DNA of 28,918 nucleotides, taken from assembly GCA_050257575.1 (NCBI GenBank), contig JBLMXD010000065.1, positions 1 to 28,918 of the forward strand, read 5' to 3'. How positions within the stretch are numbered: position 1 is the stretch's first letter; each line of letters starts with the position of its first letter. This document shows, one piece after another, positions 25,307 through 28,918 of the stretch. The notes below the pieces were generated by a model that worked only from the letters and a program-made list of their open reading frames with translations, was not told where the DNA came from and ran no database searches. The DNA comes from Alphaproteobacteria bacterium. GTDB taxonomy: Bacteria; Verrucomicrobiota; Verrucomicrobiia; Chthoniobacterales; UBA10450. Made by a program: the position numbers and the translations under genes.

Positions 25307-25753
25307 TTATTTCTTGAGTTCCATGTCAACGCCACCTCCGCCGAGAGTGACATCGACGCCGCGGGTGGTGGAGCTCATAAGAATTTTCACACCATTTTCA
25401 TTCTTCATTGCCACGGCACTCCGGCCGCCGGCAATCGTCAATCCAGCTCCCCCGGCATTATAGTGACCGCTGAAATCTCGAAGGTTTTTCAGGTGGTAAA
25501 CTTCGCCCAAAGCAGAACCCCCGGTGATTCCGACTTTGCCTAACGACAGGCCGTTTACGGACACCGGATAGTCTTTCCCCTTGTACGTGAGCGTCCCTGA
25601 ACCCCAGCTAAAGCCAATCCCTGCTGCGAATGATCCTCCCTTTAGGCGCAAGATCGCGTCTGGTTTTCCTTCCTTGCCGGCCTGCATCACCCCTACCGTT
25701 ACCGAGAATACAAGCAAAAGAATTCCGATTCTCCTGACATTATTCATATGCAT
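25307..25753 (-). CDS. Secreted DUF1134/EipA-like (SYLF-related) protein
   Basis: Signal peptide, then GIGFSWGSGTL.Y.G..Y...V.GLSLG.VG...GEVYHL..L.DFSG.Y...GAG.T...G......KNENGV. Confidence 0.72.
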   Translation of the reverse strand: MHMNNVRRIGILLLVFSVTVGVMQAGKEGKPDAILRLKGGSFAAGIGFSWGSGTLTYKGKDYPVSVNGLSLGKVGITGGSALGEVYHLKNLRDFSGHYNAGGAGLTIAGGRSAVAMKNENGVKILMSSTTRGVDVTLGGGGVDMELKK

Positions 25754-25823
25754 ATCCTTTCATTTTCTTTGATGGCTAAATAGTGTTTTTCTCCAACCGA
25801 TTCTATCGGACAAAAGTCCCATA

Positions 25824-25837
25824 TTGCCGGTTGGCAA
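25824..25837. promoter_or_regulatory. FNR/FixK-geometry palindrome TTGCC-ggtt-GGCAA
   Basis: 5-4-5 inverted repeat fitting TTG(A/C)-N6-(T/G)CAA, in the divergent intergenic region. A minus-strand TAGAAT -10-like hexamer lies at 25805-25800. Confidence 0.4.
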
Positions 25838-25881
25838 AGTTTCATCTATACGTGGAGGTAAGGGTTGAACAGCAAAAATTT

Positions 25882-27378
25882 ATGAAATCACAAAGCCGCA
25901 AACTTTTTCATCGCATGGTCGCTATTGCATGGGTCGCTTCGTTTCCGATCGGCCATTCCGTTGTTGCGCAAACGCAGTCGGCACAGCAGGCGCAATCGCA
26001 AGAAATGACGACCACAACGAACGATCAGGAGACAACTATACTTCCGGCTCAAGAGTTGGATTCACTGGTTGCGCCGATCGCGCTGTATTCAGATGATCTC
26101 CTGGCTCAAACGCTCGCTGCTTCTACTTATCCGTTGGAGATCATCCAACTTCAGCAATGGATGGATAAGAACAAAAATTTGAAAGACCAGGCGCTGGCGG
26201 ACGCAGTGGCAAAGCAGCCGTGGGACCCGAGCGTTCAAGGACTGGTAATGTTTCCCGACGTGGTACAGCGAATGGCCGGCAACATCCAATGGACGACTGA
26301 TTTGGGAAACGCATTCCTGGCGCAGCAATCGGACGTGATGGCTGCGGTTCAGCGGATGCGCGCGAAAGCACAAGGCACCGGAAACCTGAAAACCAGCGCG
26401 CAACAGGTAGTTCAAACCGAGACAATTCCCAGCGGCCAACAGGTCATCAAGATTGAACAAGCGAATCCTGACGTTGTTTATGTGCCTTCTTACGATCCGA
26501 CTGTGGTGTACGGGCCTGCCCCTGTTCAATACCCGTACTATCCCTATACCTATCCGGGTTATGTGCCAGGGACAGCTTTGATGTGGGGCGCGGGAATTGC
26601 GATCGGTGCCGCGGCTTGGGGCGCCTGGGGTGGCCACTGGGGCGATTGCGATTGGCACGGCGGTAACGTTAAGATCAACAACAATTATAATTACAACAAG
26701 AACAACAATTTTAACCGCAACGTAAACCGTCAGGGGCAAGGTAATTGGCAGCATAACCCGCAACACCGTGGAAATGCTCCTTACGGGGACAGAGGAACAG
26801 CGAATAAATTCGGAGGAAACAACCGGCAGCAACCCGGCGGCGGTAACCGTCCCGGTGCTGGAAATCGACCGGGCGGCGGTGGCGCTGCAAATCGCCCAGG
26901 TGGTGGCGGGGCCGCAAATCGCCCAGGTGGTGGCGGGGCCGCAAATCGTCCAGGTGGTGGCGGGGCCGCAAATCGACCAGGCGGTGGCGGAGCTGCAAAT
27001 CGTCCAGGTGGTGGTGGAGCCGGAAATCGACCAGGCGGTGGCGGTGGTGCCGCGAACCGTCCCGGTGGTGGCGGAGCTGGCAACCGACCAGCGACACGGC
27101 CATCTGGCGGCACTGGCAAGAACCAAGTCGGCAATCGTACCGCATCATCGCGACCAAGTTCGGGTTCCCGCGGAGGAGGATTTAGTGGGGGTAGTGCAAA
27201 CCACGCCCGCGCCAGCAGCAGCAGAGGCGGCCACAGCATGGGCGGTGGCGGCATGAGTCGCGGCGGTGGAGGTGGCCATCGCGGTGGCAGTATGAGTCGC
27301 GGCGGCGGAGGTGGCCATCGTGGCGGAGGTGGAGGACGTGGCGGCGGCGGTCGCGGTGGCGGAGGGCGTCGGAGGTAA
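25882..27378 (+). CDS. DUF3300 domain protein with a long Asn/Gly/Arg low-complexity tail
   Basis: Signal peptide; ELDSLVAPIALYSDDLLAQTLAASTYP, WDPSVQGL, WTTDLGNAFLAQ, IEQANPDVVYVPSYDP. Start placed at ATG 25882. Confidence 0.92.
   Translation: MKSQSRKLFHRMVAIAWVASFPIGHSVVAQTQSAQQAQSQEMTTTTNDQETTILPAQELDSLVAPIALYSDDLLAQTLAASTYPLEIIQLQQWMDKNKNLKDQALADAVAKQPWDPSVQGLVMFPDVVQRMAGNIQWTTDLGNAFLAQQSDVMAAVQRMRAKAQGTGNLKTSAQQVVQTETIPSGQQVIKIEQANPDVVYVPSYDPTVVYGPAPVQYPYYPYTYPGYVPGTALMWGAGIAIGAAAWGAWGGHWGDCDWHGGNVKINNNYNYNKNNNFNRNVNRQGQGNWQHNPQHRGNAPYGDRGTANKFGGNNRQQPGGGNRPGAGNRPGGGGAANRPGGGGAANRPGGGGAANRPGGGGAANRPGGGGAANRPGGGGAGNRPGGGGGAANRPGGGGAGNRPATRPSGGTGKNQVGNRTASSRPSSGSRGGGFSGGSANHARASSSRGGHSMGGGGMSRGGGGGHRGGSMSRGGGGGHRGGGGGRGGGGRGGGGRRR
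26845..27090 (+). repeat. Coding tandem repeat, ~27-bp unit encoding NRPGGGGA(A/G)
   Basis: Eight full units starting at 26863, 26890, 26917, 26944, 26971, 26998, 27025 (30 nt) and 27055, plus partial flanking NRP units. Confidence 0.95.
27253..27330 (+). repeat. Coding 39-bp tandem duplication (MSRGGGGGHRGG)
   Basis: ATGAGTCGCGGCGG.GGAGGTGGCCATCG at 27253 and 27292. Confidence 0.85.
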
Positions 27379-27401
27379 AACAAACTGACGAGAAAATACA
27401 A

Positions 27402-28421
27402 ATGAAATCAAACATTATGACTTCGACAAAACTCTCCCTGATCGTAGGCGCGATCATTGGTTGCGCCTTTCTGCTTCTGACCGCGCAAGGCGCATCGGAG
27501 CAAAAGCAAGACACTGCTGCGGCGTCACAGCCTGACGGAAAGCAATTCGACACCCCGAAACAGGCGGCAGACGCGCTTATTCAGGTAGCGTCGAATTTTG
27601 ATGTCGCTAAGGCGAAAGAAATCCTGGGGCCCGACAGCGAGGACATTGTCAGCACTGAGGACCCGGTACAGGACAAAAATCGTGCTGAGGCATTCGCAGC
27701 CAAAGCGAAGGAAAAAACCTCCATTGAAATGGAGAAGAACGATCCGAACACCGCCATTCTTTTGGTAGGCAACGATGATTTCCCGTTTCCCATTCCACTC
27801 GTGAAACACAAAGGCAAATGGTCCTTTGATACGAAAGTGGGACGCGAGGAAATATTAAATCGCCGGATCGGCGCGAACGAATTGAACGCCATTGAGATTT
27901 GTCGTGGCTTCGTTGAAGCGCAACACGAATATGCCGAGGAAAAGCACGATGGTTCGAAGGTGAACCAGTATGCCCAGCGTGTTCTTAGCACACCGGGGAA
28001 ACATGATGGTTTGGCCTGGCAGAATCCGGACGGTACATGGGGAGGCCCGGTCGGAGAAACAGTCGCCGAAGCGCTCCAGGAAGGTTATTCCGCGCAGGGC
28101 GGTAAACCCTACCACGGTTACTACTATAAAGTACTGAAGGGCCAAGGGCCTGATGCTCCGATGGGAGAGATGGACTTCATGGTTGGCGGCGCAATGATCG
28201 GCGGGTTTGCCCTCGCTGCTGCGCCCGCTGATTATCGAGTCACAGGTGTGATGACATTTATTGTCGGTCCCGACGGAGTGGTTTACGAAAAGGATCTCGG
28301 CCCCGATACGCTGAAGACGTTCCAGAGCATGGACAAGTACAACCCTGACAAGACTTGGAAAGTAACCGAGGACGACGTGGAAGACGACGAGGACCAGGGA
28401 TCTGAATCACAGTCTCAATAA
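27402..28421 (+). CDS. DUF2950 family secreted protein
   Basis: Signal peptide; FPFPIPLVK..GKW.FDT..GREEILNRRIGANEL, YAQR..STPGK.DGL.W, PYHGYYYKVL, GVMTFIV...GVVYEKDLG; acidic tail. Usual partner of DUF3300. Confidence 0.92.
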   Translation: MKSNIMTSTKLSLIVGAIIGCAFLLLTAQGASEQKQDTAAASQPDGKQFDTPKQAADALIQVASNFDVAKAKEILGPDSEDIVSTEDPVQDKNRAEAFAAKAKEKTSIEMEKNDPNTAILLVGNDDFPFPIPLVKHKGKWSFDTKVGREEILNRRIGANELNAIEICRGFVEAQHEYAEEKHDGSKVNQYAQRVLSTPGKHDGLAWQNPDGTWGGPVGETVAEALQEGYSAQGGKPYHGYYYKVLKGQGPDAPMGEMDFMVGGAMIGGFALAAAPADYRVTGVMTFIVGPDGVVYEKDLGPDTLKTFQSMDKYNPDKTWKVTEDDVEDDEDQGSESQSQ

Positions 28422-28526
28422 AGCCTAACAACCTACCGCTGCTCTTAGTCGAGTTGCAGTTGTGAGCTTCGGTGGCTTTTGCAAGCGCGCTCGCGACTCT
28501 GTTCCACGCGTTGAGTTTCAGTGCAG

Positions 28527-28918
28527 ATGAGACTATTCCGCTTCAGCTTGTACTCACTGGCTTGGATCGCAGCGGCGATCTGTGCGGCTTGGGCATTCGG
28601 CGCGCTCTATTTTGATTTTCCCAAAGCCGGTGGCGTCGTAGCGATTGTATTTGCAGTCGCTTTACTGGCTGTCGTCGTCCTTGTTCGCGGGAAATTGCTA
28701 AAGCTTGCAATCGTCTTTGTGGCATTCGCCATCGTGGTTTCGTGGTGGCTGACATTGAAGCCCGGCAATGATCGCCCCTGGCAACCGGATGTCGCGCAGA
28801 CCGCATGGGCGGAAATCAATGGCGACGAGGTCACCATTCACAACGTGCGGAATTTCGATTACCGCACTGCGACCGATTTTACGACCCACTGGGAAACGCG
28901 CACGGTCCGGCTCTCGCA
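28527..28918 (+). CDS. DUF4105 (Lnb N-terminal-like) membrane protein, 3'-truncated by the window edge
   Basis: Not in the ORF track. Hand translation: three TM segments, then WWLTLKPGNDRPWQPDVAQTAWAEINGDEVTIHNVRNFDYRTATDFTTHWETRT. Confidence 0.88.
   Translation, partial: MRLFRFSLYSLAWIAAAICAAWAFGALYFDFPKAGGVVAIVFAVALLAVVVLVRGKLLKLAIVFVAFAIVVSWWLTLKPGNDRPWQPDVAQTAWAEINGDEVTIHNVRNFDYRTATDFTTHWETRTVRLS

Noticed and set aside
26845-27090. Regular ~27-bp repeats considered as a possible CRISPR array
   Set aside because: The units are contiguous with no spacers, are in frame, and vary at synonymous sites; there are no cas genes.
26781-27401. Antisense poly-proline repeat ORF (206 aa)
   Set aside because: It is the reverse complement of the Gly codons in DUF3300, with no independent support.
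25882-27410. DUF3300 and DUF2950 both begin ATGAAATCA
   Set aside because: A 9-nt match that includes the ATG; it is compatible with the common A-rich bias at gene starts.

Overview
A gene-dense 28.9-kb bacterial window. It reads like soil Verrucomicrobiota (Chthoniobacterales-like), but that is only an impression. I found no rRNA, tRNA, CRISPR array, integrase or transposase. Left end (minus strand): a FixL-like membrane kinase with three PAS domains, one carrying a heme-type His/Arg signature, then a FixJ-like regulator and a stand-alone receiver that runs off the edge. Divergent from these is an ~18-kb plus-strand run: CAX exchanger, DUF3302/HlyD/outer-membrane factor with no recognisable pump, a hypothetical gene, SulP / K-channel pore / SulP, a secreted tandem dirigent/AOC-like barrel protein, OprD porin, L,D-transpeptidase, pyk, beta-CASP hydrolase, a hypothetical gene, LOG protein and pfk. 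A minus-strand membrane-protein operon follows (DUF1134/EipA-like, His-motif membrane protein, hypothetical, DUF4239). It is divergent from DUF3300 (Gly-rich repeats), DUF2950 and a partial DUF4105. Signals the ORF track misses: a diverged, frameshifted second copy of the pfk 3' end (22268-22418), an exact 14-bp direct repeat bracketing cax, a perfect three-way-junction hairpin after the barrel gene, and an FNR/FixK-geometry box between the two right-hand operons. Working hypothesis (inference): an O2-sensing FixLJ(T)-like system linked to an ion-homeostasis, envelope and glycolysis cluster built by cassette-like additions. All family calls are from motif recognition; no database search was run.
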